NCBI RefSeq assembly: GCF_009834535.1
Contig: NC_045696.1
Coordinates: 61,444,001 to 61,508,000 of the forward strand
DNA: 64,000 bases
Reading direction: 5' to 3'
Source: Camelus ferus
Lineage: Eukaryota
Positions 24,726 to 39,000 of the stretch are shown here, piece after piece (position 1 is the first letter of the stretch; each line of letters starts with the position of its first letter). The notes beneath the pieces were generated by a model. The model ran no database searches. It was not told the DNA's origin and saw only the letters and a list, made by a program, of their open reading frames with translations. The translations under genes were made by a program, and so were the position numbers.

Positions 24726-27140
24726 AAGTAGATGTGCCCATGTGACCTGCAATGGCTTAGATGAACTATAGATTTATAACAATGACACTGCACAGCACAT
24801 AGCTTGATTTTAAACACTCCTGCCATGGCAGACACTGCTGGCTTCCTATCCAACATTCATTCTCCTCTGATTCCTTACTTACAGAATCTTAATCATGTCT
24901 ATAAAATGAAATATGTCCCATTAAAAAATTCCATTTACCAATTTCCCTTGCAGCTAGAAAAAAAAATTGTGGTATGGAGCTGAAGCAGCACTTCCAAAGA
25001 AATTATAGAACTAAATGCCTACATTAGAAAAGAAAGTCTCATATTAATGACTAAGTTTCCTTCTGAAATTAAAAAGTACCCACACAGAAGAAAAATTAAA
25101 TTAAACCCAAACTATGCAGAAGGAAAAAGGAAAAGGATAGAAATCAATGAATGATTTAGAAAACAAGAAAAATCAATGAAATTAAAAGCTGGTTTAAAAA
25201 AAAATCAATAAAATTTTAAGCCTCTAGTCAGACTGTCAAGGGAAAAAAACGTCACAAATTACCAAATACAGGATTGGAAGAGATACTACAGATACTACAG
25301 TCATTAAAGGAATAATAAGAAATACAATGAACAACTTTGTGTCAATATACTCGACCCCTTAGATAAAATGGACAAATTCCTAGAAAGACACAATCTACTA
25401 AAGCTCATTAAAGAAGAAATAGATAATCAAACAGTCCTGTATATTAATGAAATAAAACACTGCTGAGCAAAACTAAAGACTTAAATAAATGAAGAGACAT
25501 ATGCCACGTCCATGGATCTGAAGACATTAATTTTAAGATGTCTATTCTCTCCAAAACGATCTATAAAGCCAATGCTATTCTAATCAAAGTCCCAGCATCT
25601 TTCCTCATATAAAGTGAAAAGTTGATTCTAACTAAAACATATATGGAAATGCAAAGGACATAAAATAACCAAAACAACTATAAAGACAAGCAAAGTTGGA
25701 GGACTTACATCATGCAATTTCAAGATTTAATATAAAGTTATAGTAATCATTAAGACAGTAAAATACTGATTTAAACAGAGACATATCAATCACTGAAAAG
25801 GACAGAATCCATAAACCCACACATATATGATAAGTTTCTGACAAAGGTGCAAAGGCAATTCAAAAGGGAAACGATAATCTTTTTAACAAATGGTGCTGGG
25901 ACAAGAGTATAGGCATACGCAAAAAAACCCCCCCAAAACCCTACACAACCCCACCCTAATATCAGATACGAAAATTAATTCAAAATGATTCACTGACTGA
26001 AGAACTTAAATGACAAAAATCACGGGGATAAAATATTCGGTTAGGCTAAGATTTCTTAGATAACACACAAAAAGCACAGTATAAAAGACAATTAAATTAG
26101 ACTTCACCAACTTTTTAAAATTTGCTCTTCAAAAGACACCATTATGGAATGAATGAGCAAGCAACACACTGAAAGAAAATATCTGCAAACCATATATTCA
26201 ACAAAGGACTTAACATCTAGAATATAAAAAGAATCCTTACAACTCAATAAACAGATATACAATCTAATTTTAAAAAACAAGCTATAGACCTGAATAGACA
26301 CTTTACCAAAAAAGACAGACAGCAAAAAAAAGCACATGGAAAGATGCTCATATCAAAAGGTATCAAACTGTAGATTTAAAATATGCTTAGTTTACTATTT
26401 CACATTAATTATACTTCAATAAAGCTATGGAGTTTTTCTGAGTAAAATAAACAGAACACACAAAAAAGCAAACAGATGTGCCCAAATGACTTGCAAAGGC
26501 TTGGACTGACTACAAGTAATAACAATGTATCATGAGGGCTGATTCTAAAGAATGACACTATGATGGACTGTGTTAGTTTCCTATTTATATCCATTCTTCT
26601 CTTCTTCTTAACAGAACCTCAATTGCTTTTGTGCAAGAAAATGTGTTAAGCTAAAATAAGCAGAACTCTTATCTGTGGCTGTTTAGCTTTGTAATACAGA
26701 TACTATCCCCTTCCTCCTTGTGCATGGTAGAATATGATACCTGGGAGCACAGTATCTGTACTGTGACCATGAGGACAAAAGCCAACACTAAGGATAGAGG
26801 GGGAAAAAAAGAAGACTATTGTGATGACAGCCACAATGGTCAAGCCCTAGACTGCTTGCCTCTGAACTTCCTGTTGAGAAAATATGTCTTCCTTATTTAA
26901 GTCATTATTTGTTGGTGTTTCTCTTGCACAGCTGATCAAAATTTGTAATTCAGAGAATTTAGTTTCAGAAGTGGGGTCTGAGGTACTAGTAATCCAAATC
27001 AGCCCTATGTAATTGTCCAATTTTACAGTCCCACTCTTTTCCCTACTAAGTGCCCTAACTTTTATAAGAGATCTGGTGAGATCTTAAACTCAATTTATGT
27101 TGTAATCCAGCACCTCACAAGCTCAGACTCTTACGGCAAT

Positions 27141-27183
<43 letters not shown>

Positions 27184-30010
27184 TGTGTGTGTGTGTAATG
27201 CCTTAACAAAGAATTCTACTTAAGTAAAATTTCTGAGTAATGGGGGGGGCGGATTCTGTACAACCCCTTGGCAAGCACCCATAGCTTTTCCTTAAATGAG
27301 CACTTTATTCTAGGTGATAACTTAAGGAACTGGTTTCATCACTGCATAAGATTGGACTGCTAAAGTCACAGCCTCTAAAACTAATTTTATCCTCACTGCC
27401 ATCAAACCTAAACAGTTCCTACAACCAATCTGAGATTCCCACATCTTTGAAGGTCTCTTATTTGCAACTAATCTTGGTATCAATTATCAAATAGGCCTGC
27501 TTAATAATACTATATTATAGAAATTAAATACAGAAGTAATCTTTGGGTGGATCTGGGAGCCAGGTCCTAAAGCTACATAATCAGTAATAATGCCCAACTA
27601 CACCATGAGAATTTTTCTAGAAAAAAATACCATTTCCACTGCTGCTTAGACCTGGATTCTGAAAGTTCAAGCAATGCTAGTCATGAAGAAGTGGATTCCT
27701 CTGTCACCAGCTTGCCAGATCAGTCCTCCTGCTCACTGCTACATATTCACATTGTTTACTTCTAAATCCAAGTCTTAGGTCAGATGCCTAACCCTAGCTG
27801 CAAGGGAGCCTGGAAATATCAATCTTTTAATTTCATTGAGAAAATAGAACCCTTATGTGGGAAACTACCAAAATACAAGGTAAGATGTTGTACAACCACA
27901 AACTATAACTGTCCACCACTTATATTATCATCTTTACAATCTTAACTGCAAACATTTTACAAAAGACATTTTTATACAACTACACTTAATTGCGCATCAC
28001 CACTTCTTAGGTCATACTTACTGAACGGGCACATTTCTTGGGGGGACTGCTAGAAAGTCCATCCAGTTGCCCATGTTCACCCAGAAATCCCGTAACTTGG
28101 TCCAAGAAAGAAGATACGTCTAACTGGTGCCACTCAACCAGCTTCTGACCTAAAGATTAAAAACCAGGATATATAAATATAACAAAATCAGCACTCTTTC
28201 TGAATTCTAAGTATTTCTTTTGGCATATACATAATTAAAAATTATGGGGGCACATCCCCACCCATCACCAGCCTAAGTTACACAGTGTCTTCATAACCCA
28301 GAGGATACATTAATTATAACCAACCTAAGAGATTCCCAGCCATCCTGATAAGAGCAACTACTTTATCTGCTGATATCTTTTATTGCCATTTAGGAGATTC
28401 AGATAAAACAATACCAATATAAAACTCAAAATCAATTAATAAAAAAACCAACTCTACCCTCCACTTCTCTGGTGGGATTACAATCACTACCTGAATAATC
28501 TTAACATTATAATGACCTAAGGAGATCCCTTAAAAATGATAAGGAAAATAAAGTTATTTTTTGAAAGAACAGAAATGCACAAATATAAAATAAGTTGTTG
28601 GAAACAGACTCCCTAAATATATACATCAATGGATGTTTAAATAATTATAAAGGGCATGAACAAGAACCCTTTGCCTAATTTAATACAAACAATTTTTTTT
28701 GTATTTCTCTTTTTTTTATTTCTAAAATTTGGTTTTTTAATTTTTTAACTTTTTTATTGATTTATAATCATTTTACAATGTTGTGTCAAATTCCAGTGTA
28801 GAGCACAATTTTTCAGTTATACGTGAACATATATATATTCATTGTCACATTTTTTTCTCTGTGAGCTACTGTAAGATCTTGTGTATACTTCCCTGTGCTA
28901 TACAGTATAATCTTGTTTATCTGTTCTACAATTTTGAAATCCCATCTATCCCTTCCCACCCTCCGCCCTCTTGGCAACCACAAGTTTGTATTCTATGTCT
29001 ATGAGTCTATTTCTGTTTTAATACAAACAATTTTGAAACTAGACCCAGTCAAACAGTAAAGATCAATTATTTAGGTAACTGAAAGATAAATGATAGGTTA
29101 AAGGCCATAAGCTGAAATAAATCTTACCTGTCCGAGGATCCAAGATGGAAACATAGGGGAAATCCCCTAGCTTATAAAACTGTATGTATCTCTGACCTTC
29201 CTCACTGTCGTGATAAACCTGTTAAGTCATTGATATATATATATATAAAATAAATCAGCATCTTAAAAAAGTACCAACTATATTCTTGTTATATACCAAC
29301 AGCAATTAATTCTCCAAAAACACCTTTGGTATATGTTAGGATCTCACTCCTCCATTAAAGAGGAAATGAAGGTTACCTGGTGCGAACTCCCTCCACTTCC
29401 TGCCCTTAGTCACTTCTGGAAATTTACATAAACATAGCAATTCATTCTTCCTCCCTTCCCAGTTCAGAAGAAAAGAGGTATTGCCCTTTCTTTCTTTTTT
29501 AATATTTTATTCATTCATTTACTATTGTATATTTTATTCTATCTTATCTTGGCAAGGGAAGATAATTAGGTTTTATTTTTAGAGGGGATATAGGAGATTA
29601 AACCCATGACCTCAAGCATGCTAAACATGTGCTCTACCACTTGAGCTATACCCTCCCCATTCTTCCTTTCCAAATTCTCTGTCCACCTACATCACTCCTG
29701 ACTCTCAACCACATACATCTTAATAAATCACAATATATTAAGATTATAAACTCAAGTGCCTAGCATAGTGCTAGGCAAAGAGATGCTCAAACAACAGTCA
29801 CTGTATAAAAGGTTACCATTCAGAAAAAAACATACTGAATTTAGGGGAATATAAAACATGAAGAGGCAAATTACTAACATTAATAGCATACCTTGTAGTG
29901 TGAAGAAAATTAAGTTCATTCAGAAGTTTCTAACTATCCTTTTTTTAAAACTGAAGTATAGTTGATTTACAATGCTGTGCTAGTTTCAGGTGTACAATGA
30001 AGTGATTCAG

Positions 30011-30053
<43 letters not shown>

Positions 30054-33000
30054 TATTCTTTTTCAGATTCTTTTCCATTATAGTTTTTCACAAGATATTG
30101 AATATACTTTCCTGTGTCACACAGTAGGTCCTTGTTGTTTATCTATATTATATATAGTATCTGTTAATCCCAAACTCCTGATTTATCCCTCCCCACCCTT
30201 CTTTCCCCTTTGGTAACCATGTTTATTTTCTATGTCTGTGAATCTATTTCTGTCTTATAAATAAGTTCATTTGTATCATTTTTTTAGATTCCACATATAA
30301 GCAATATTATATGATATTTGTCTTTCTCTGATTTACTTCACTTAGTATGATAATCTCCAGGTTCATCTATGTTGCTGAAAATGGCATTATTTTATTTTTC
30401 ATGGCTGAGTAATATCCCATTGTGAGTGTGTGTGTGTGTGTGTGTTTTGTCTATATTTTTTCTCTAGGGGTTTTATAGTATCTCGTCTAAATATAGTCTA
30501 ATCTGTTTTGAGTTTATTTTTGTATATGGTGTTAGAGAATGTTCTAATTTCATTCTTTCACACATAGCTGTCCAGTTTTCCCAGCGCCATTTATTGAAGA
30601 GATTGTCTTTTCTCCAGTGTATATTCTTGCCTCCTTTGTTGTAGATTAATTGACCATAAGTGAGTGGGTTTATTTCTGAGCTCTCTATCCTGTTCCACTG
30701 ATCTATGTGTCTGTTTTTGTGCCAGTACCATATTGTCCTGGTTACTGATTTTTCTTGTAATGTCGTCTGAAGTCCGGGAGCATGATTCCTCCAGTTCTAC
30801 TCTTTTTTCTCAAGTTTGTTTTGGCTATTCGAGGTCTTTTGTGTTTCTATACAAATTTAAACATTTTTGGTTCTAGTTCTGTGAAAAATGCCACTGGTAT
30901 TCTAATAGGGATTATACTGAATCTGTGGATTTCCTTGGTAGTGTGGTCATTTTAGCAATATTGATTATTCCAATCCAAGAACACAACATATTTTCCATCC
31001 ATTAGTGTTCACTTCAATTTCTATCTTCAGCATCTTATAATTTTCACAGTATAGGTCTTTTGCCTCTTTAGGTAAGTTTATTCCTAGGTATTTTATCCTC
31101 TGATGCAATGGTAAATGGGACTGTTCCCTTTATTTCTTTCTGATATTTCGTTATTAGTGTATAGAAATATAACAGATTTCTGTATGTTAACTTTGTATCC
31201 TACAACTTCACTGAATTCACTGATGAGCTCTAGCAGTTTTCTGGTAGCATCTTTAGGGTATTCTACGTAGAGTATCACATTTGCAAACAGTGACAGTTTT
31301 ATTTCTTTTCCAATTTGATTTCTTTTTCTTTCTTTTCCTTCTCTGACTGCTTTGGCTAGGACTTCCAAAACTGTATAGAACGAAAGTGGCGAGAGTGAGG
31401 ATCCTTGTCTTGTTCTTGATCTTAGAAGGAAAGTTTTCAGCTTCTCACTATTGAGTATGATGTTAGCTGTGGGTTTGTCATACATGGCCCTTATTTTGTA
31501 GGGGTATGTTCTTTGTATGCCCACTTTCTGGAGAGTTTTTATCACAAATGATGCTGAATTTTATCAAAAGGCTTTTCTGCATCTATTCAGATGTTCATAT
31601 GGTTTCTATTCTTCAATTTGTTAATGTGGTGTATCACACTGATTGATTTGTTCCGTAATTTTTCATAAAATAAAAAATTGGAGCAAGATCATCTACCTTT
31701 AGCTTGGAAAATTTATATAAAAAGAAATAGCCAGGAAGACTGAGTGACAAGTTTAAGGACATATAGTTAAAGACTGTCAAACTTAAGCTAAAATGCAAGT
31801 CTTAGTCAAATGTTTTTTGATTATTTCAAGATCTTCTACAACACTATCAATTATAGTAGACACTAGAACATGTGCTACTGCTAGCATTATAAATGTGACT
31901 AGTCCAAACAGCTGTACTGTTGGTGTAAAACATATACCAGATCCTGAAGGCTTAACACCAAAAAAAAATCAAAACACCTCATTAATATTTTAATATTACT
32001 TTTATATTAGATACACTGACTTTAAAAATAAAATTAATTTCACCTTTTTCTTTTGATTTTTTAATATGTGGCTACTAGAATATTTTAAATCACATTATAG
32101 TTCTATTGAACAGTACAGCTGTATACTCTATCAAGATGCTCAAACTCTTCTGAGATACAAATATTATATGGTTTACATGGCTTGGTTCTTTTTTTCCCTC
32201 CTTCCCTTCATTGCTACCCTAACTATGACTTGTCCTTACTATATTCAGTCATTATGGATGGTTTTACTTTTTCATATGTCATAATTTAACTCAGTTATTA
32301 ATTTTTTTCTAGTTTATAATCCAATTCCTCCTCCCTGGCCTCCCACACTACCAAAGGAAAATACTACAGAAATTTTTTTGCTAACTCTCCCCACCTGCCA
32401 GAAAATGAAATGTTCTCGGATAATATTCTTCACAGCTTCATTGCTCCATACGTCACGGTTGAGGCACTGGCATGCAAAGTCTTGTACATTTTGAATGTTT
32501 ATCATCAGCCACTTATTCTGCATCTGGCCACACTCTTTGGCCTGTAAGAGTAAAGTTACATAACGTTTGTTAAAAACATCTTCTACTTGGTAACTGATAT
32601 GGTTCAGAATTCAGAAGATGCCCTCTTTTCATACAAATACACAGTTTTTCCCCTTAAGTATGACACCTAGAATTTTTAGAATCTAAACATTAATTACATT
32701 ACCTTGCATGTGCGTATATAATTATACCATCTATATTCAAGTATGTTTCAGATTGAAATGAACTAGTTTTCTTTTATCCACTGTTATTTGCTACAGTGGC
32801 TGGATTTTTTATTGATTCCAAAAACAAGGCCAACAAGTCACATAATTCTACTGAATTTTCTCTTCTAATTCCTATCCACAAATACACCTTTTTAATAGTT
32901 GTAACCACTGTCTATATATCAGTTTATGTTGTTTTATTTTCTTTAACATCACTTCTATACATATTTCCAAATACTATATTCATTTCAATTATTACGCACA

Positions 33001-36000
33001 TGCTATTTTACAGAATCACTCTAAATTTTTCAGTAAAAGCTGCTCAGGGTTTTTTCTCTCGGGATTGTTTTCCTGGGAATATATTTCAAAATTGAAATCA
33101 CAGATCAAAGAATGTTTCAGAATGATCTCAAAAAGACTCCCCAATTTATAGCACAAATATCAACCATGAGTGCATATTTTTTGCCTCATACTTCCTTATC
33201 ACCATAAAGACCTAAGAAATATTGCTGAACTGGAAAAGAATGGCAGAAAAGCAAATGAGCAAATGCTACCTCAAACCTTTGCACAGAAACAATGAAATGA
33301 ATACCAGAGCTTTGAATAATTTTGTCTTGGAACCATATTCTTTTCCAAATCACTCTGACATGGGAAAATCTTAAGAATCAACTAACTCAGGTTAATAACA
33401 ATTGAAGAACACGTATCATTTTGGAGGTATTGGAGAATGTTAGGCTATCTTCTGTTTTAAGAAAGTTTAAACAATCTTACAAAAATTGTTATTCTATTTT
33501 TCTGTATGAATCCCCTAGAGAAAATAATTTTCTAATACTCACTACTGGTTCCACAGGTGAAAACCCAAGTTCTAAAAGGAAGTATCCCTATATTGAGCCA
33601 GGAAGCTGCAATTAACTCTACAAAAGCTTATTTTTTAAGATACAAAGATAATAAAATAAGGAAGTAATAGTATTCCACTTACTTTCTTGTCTATAGCAAG
33701 CACACAGATTTAATAAATGAGTAATTATACTGCCTTAATTGAAGAAAAAGTGTTTGAGAATAAAGAAAAAACTTAATACACATTCTAGAGAAACAGACTG
33801 AAGAGTACAGGACTACCCTATAACAAGGAAAATTTACTAAGTCTGCCTCCACTACAGCACTGACCAAAAAAATGTGTAACACTGAAAAATAATGAAAGTC
33901 CAGAGTTTAAAAACAATAGAGAGTCATTTGCTTTTGTTCTGAAAAATTCATTTATTCACATTAATGCTTTAACTCAAATGCATTCCTTCAACAGATATTT
34001 ACTGAGTAACTACCATGTTTCAGGTAGTTATAGATGTTGGACTTAGAGCAGTTACTAAAACAAAAATCCCTGCCTTCATGAAGCTTATTACATTGGGAGA
34101 AACCTTACACCAGCAAAAGAAACTGAAGATGCTCTTAAGAAATAATTTCTAGTAGGAAGGGCCCAAAGACACAAATTTCACGCAAAGCAACAATATTTGG
34201 AGGGAATGTAAGAGAATCTTATACAATCTAAGTATACTAATTTACATGAGTCAATGACTAGAAGTGAAAGTGGGTCATGGGACAAATAATGAACCTTTCC
34301 TCTTGGTATCCATTAGGCTGTTCTGAATCAATATTCAAAAGCCATTATAGGGAGATCCAATGGCAAGTGCAGCTATATCAAATAAAGAGATACGTGATAG
34401 GGTTTATCTGGTGATAAGGGAAAAATAGTGGGAGACTAACATCTCTCCTAGTCCCAAACAGATCAGGAAAGTATGAATAGAGGATACAGAGGAAAAAATA
34501 ATTTGTTTCAATAAATATATATGCATAAAGTCAAAAAGGAAATACATTAAAATATGCACAGTACATTTTAAGGCAAATTATGGTTATTATTTTTCCTTGC
34601 TAGTTTTTAATTTTTATATAACTTTTGCCTAATTTGAATAAAACTAAATGTAAGCTATATCTAAAGTTATTTAGAAAAATTTTATCTTACATATTTTGTT
34701 ATTGAATCAGTTCTTTAAATTTTAGCAAATACTTTTATTTGCATTTAGAGCAAGTACTTTTGAAATTAACAAAGTACTCTTAGTAGGGCCAGGTGCGTAT
34801 GCAACTGAATGGCAATTTTAACAAATAAATATGCATTTTTATAAAAACAATAAATATTATGGAAATTGTTCTGATTCTTTTGTACAGTACATTCCAGTTT
34901 ATGCCATTCAATCATTTAATGAAGATTTAATAAGAGCCAGTTGCATGCCAGACACTCTTCTAGCTACTGTGGATACAAAACAGTAAATAAAACAAAATCT
35001 CTGTATTCATGGAACTTACATAGTAATGGGGAAAGAAGAAAAACCTATGAAATGTTCCCTTGCCCAGGTCAGATTATTCATCCCAAGGGCCTTGGTCACT
35101 CAGCTCCAACTACACCGGTTTCCTTGACTATACAAGAAATAAGCCCATGCTCTTGCCAACATCAAACATCAGTACCTTTACACTTAACTGTTTTTCTGTT
35201 CTTCCCCTAGAGCTTTCTATCATTTACATTCTCTCACTTCATTCAGGTTTCTACTCAAATCTCATTCTTTCAGAAATCTTTCCTGATCTTCCTATCTAAA
35301 ATAAATCTTCTCTCATCACAGTTATAAACATGTGAAACCTATGAAATCAAACTTGCTTTCAATTTGCCTGTGCTTTCAATTTGCCTGTAAGAACACATGC
35401 ACCTTAATGACCCCAAACAGTCCTCTCTCTCCTCTTCCCTTACTCTATTTTATTCCTTCTCCCAGTAACTACTAAAAACTGAAATTTCTCTCTCTCTAGA
35501 AAATACATACTAAATATGCTATATAGGTATTGTTTTTTTTTATTTGTTTATAGTCTTTCTCACTCGAGACTAAATTCCTTGATAGCAAATTTGTTTACTA
35601 TTACCTCCTTGTAGCAGAAACTGAGTAAAGGTGTCAAATACCCATTTTCCCCTTCTCCTTCTTAGTAACAGAATCTCCAATTTTCAGCTAGGCATCTTGA
35701 TTTCTGAGTGCACCTTTGCAACTAGGTGTGGCCATGTTGCCAAGTTCCAGTCAGTGGGTTGTGAGAAGTAATGTGTAAAACTTCTAGGTTGTGCCTTTAA
35801 ATGGAAAGGTATACCCTTCTCAGCCATTTCCCTCCTTCATACTAGCTGGAAAGCAAACATGGTAGTAAGCCACTTTAAATCTTGTAGACAAAGGCAAGCA
35901 AGAACTAAGGAAAGCAGAGTAAGACAGAAAAAACTGCACTCTTAATATCTTCCTAGAGCAGAACCATCCTATCAGCATGTACTTCTATCTTCTTTAAAGC

Positions 36001-39000
36001 TATTGTTTTATTCCTGGTCTCTCTCACACCTAGTTACATCTTTATCCCAACAAATACAATCCCTATCCCCTAGAACAAGGCCTTGCAATAGGAGGCCTTG
36101 CTAAATATTTACTAAATGAACAAGTGAACTAGTCAGTCTCTCATTTGGTTAGTATGACCCAGAATCCTTGAACATGGTCTACCTCTAATTACACCAAGAA
36201 AGTCTAGTTTCTAATCCTGTAGAACTATGGATCAGATCTACATCTAATATGGTGCCCAAACCTGTGGGCCCTGCCTCAGCAGCCAGAGTATCCCTCTAAT
36301 TTTTAACATTCACCTCTCTAAGCTTCAATGACTAATTTTGTATATTACCTCTTTAATTTTTATAAAACTAATGGATATCTTTTCTGGGAATGTTTATGTC
36401 ATTTAAAGATTGTAAGTAATAAAGTTGAGTATTATCAGTGAAAAAATGAATAGATTGCAAACAATTATAGGTCATGAAATACAAAGAAAAGGTGACATAA
36501 GTTAATAAAATGAATCAAACTTCAGATGACAATATCAAAAAAGATTCACATTTTCCCTCAATGAATAAGCAGCAGAGTAACAGTTTTTATGAGTTCAAAG
36601 CGACCAAATTAAATAAGCCAAGTTCAGAGTTATTTTGTTAAGCCCCAGAGAATTCAGAAGCTAATGAAAATTTAGCACATCAAAATAATCTCAGATATGT
36701 TTTGTCTTTCATACTGTGCTATTCTCTCTCAATGGTTATATTATCACCAGAACAGTAGAAAGGACAGGGAGCTGCCATATAAAAATAAAGATCACAAGAG
36801 AAAGATGAAGAAAACTGAGAAAACATCTAACCTGGTATCTTTGAGCTGATGAATGAATACCAGACTCTCTCAACTCTATACTTTATTTACACAACAAAAA
36901 GAAACTTTTGGTCAAATCATCATCATTTGGACAGTTACATGCAGCCAAAGATTTTCAAGTTTTATAATTCAGAAAATTAAAGAACTCAGAAAGAACAAGC
37001 TTACAGTTAAATTTCTTGTCCTAAATATTTAATTTAGGTTAGTATGAGTATGTTAAAGGACAAAATTTTAAAAAACCAAACAACCACAATTCGCTTTCAA
37101 GTGTGTAGCTACTAACATCATTTTTGTAGTACTTGTTTGGCCTACTTTATCTTAACAGAAAAGATTTATCTGACATTTAAATGATTCACATCTATGGAAA
37201 AGCTCTTCTGATTCAAAAGAGCATTAATAATGTTAGTCAACACACAAAAGCAACTGTTTGAACACCTCAACAGAAAAATATTTAAAATCCTAACTAACCT
37301 CATCCATTCAACAAATACTGTGCTCCTATTAAATGCTATAGACTAGATCCCAAGGATTACCAAAATAAAAAGAAACATGGTTCCTCTGCCTTCATTAAAT
37401 GTATAGCTTAGCAATCAAATAAACCCACTCTGGAAAGCTCTTCTTTGGCTTCAGCTAAGTTAAAGTCAAGAACTAAGGGAGAATATATTCTGCAACTACA
37501 GAGATATTCCTTTAACACAAGGAGCCCCACAGGAATACAGATAAAAGATACCTACAGAGGGGGAGGGTATATCTCAGTGGTTGAGTGCTTGCCTAGCATG
37601 TACGAGATCCTGGGTTCAATCCCCAGGACCTCCATCTGAAAAATAAATAAATAAATAAATAAATAAAGTAAACCTAATTACCTCCCTCCTGCCAAAATAA
37701 ACAAACAAACAAAAAAACCAAAAAACAAAAAAAACCCTACAAACAATTCATAAATAGCCAAACACACACACACACTATTCTCAGTAGTAATAAAAGATAT
37801 ATAAACTTTTAAAAGTAAGGTTTTTAAAAAACTATCAAATGGCAGATTCTAAAATGATATCACAAGGTTAATAAAATGATTTTATCAGGCAACCTCATAC
37901 ACTGCATAGTAGAGATATAAATCTACATAGCAGAAATGTAAATCAATATAACCTTCTAGTATCTCATACTTATTAAAATGCCAATTCTCCATATGCTGAA
38001 AACTGTTTTTTTGCTGAGAAAGAAAAAAAAGTGCCATTGAAAATGCAAAAGGATTCAGAGAATCTCCAACAACTTACTGTTTCAAAGCTGCCTTTATGCA
38101 TCAAGTCAATGGGTGGCCGGAATAAATCTGCAAGGGTAGTTAGTTTCTTATCTATTGCTCCTCCATTTCTTAATTCCTGTTCTTGCCGAACTGCGACAAA
38201 GGTGGAGGAGAAAATTTCAGTTAGCCATAAAATGGAAGTCATGAATCTTGCCATTGAAAAAACAAACAAACAAACAAACAGGTATCAATTGCAAGAACTA
38301 GTGAACAATGTGCCTGACCTCAAATGCAAAGATCTAAGGCTGACTCTGAAAAATACACAAAGTGAGGTAGGGTGGGAGTCTTAAGACTTGGTACTCTCAA
38401 TTCAAAGGTAAGGATAAAAGCAGAAATTATGTAAGTCACCCAATGAAAATATTTCCTTCATGTACTCAAAACTAATTTTAGCATGAGACAAAACTCACCT
38501 CCATTTATCCAGTTCTGAAAGTCATCCTAATTTATCCACAGTTCTAACTACATTCCCTATCTTTAAAGATTCTTGCAGTGAGAGATAATGATCACTGTTG
38601 TCACTTTCTCCTGCAAGGGCACAGGACTTTCTGGATGACCTGAGTCAGTCTGGGTTCCACTTCAACTGTCTCAAGTTACAAAACTTATCTGTGCTTCAAT
38701 GAGCTCATTATAAATCAACTACAAAATCAAACATGGTCCAAGAGTTTCTCATATACTCTAAACATAACTGTCTTTTTCTTTAGGATTCCACTGCTAAATC
38801 AGTACTAAATCCATTAAAAGTAGAAGGCCAAGATTCTTATTCTAACTCATTCTACAGAAAGATATAAACCTATTCCAATTAACCGTAGCCAAATTTTAAT
38901 AGTGGCTGCTTTGGGTAGTGTGGCTTTTTCTTCTCCTATTTTTCAATCCCTTACAATAACCATTTTCACTGTGGTCATTCCTTTAATTGACAGATATCAG

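Noticed and set aside
31093..31545. 150-aa reverse-transcriptase-like ORF as an active or domesticated RT gene
   Set aside because: A fragment of L1 ORF2 with the catalytic FADD motif degraded to FANV and with frameshifts around it.
35354..35388. 17-bp tandem duplication (tgctttcaatttgcctg x2); similar 21-bp duplication at ~5452-5492
   Set aside because: Ordinary slippage duplications with only two units; not CRISPR-like or otherwise structured.
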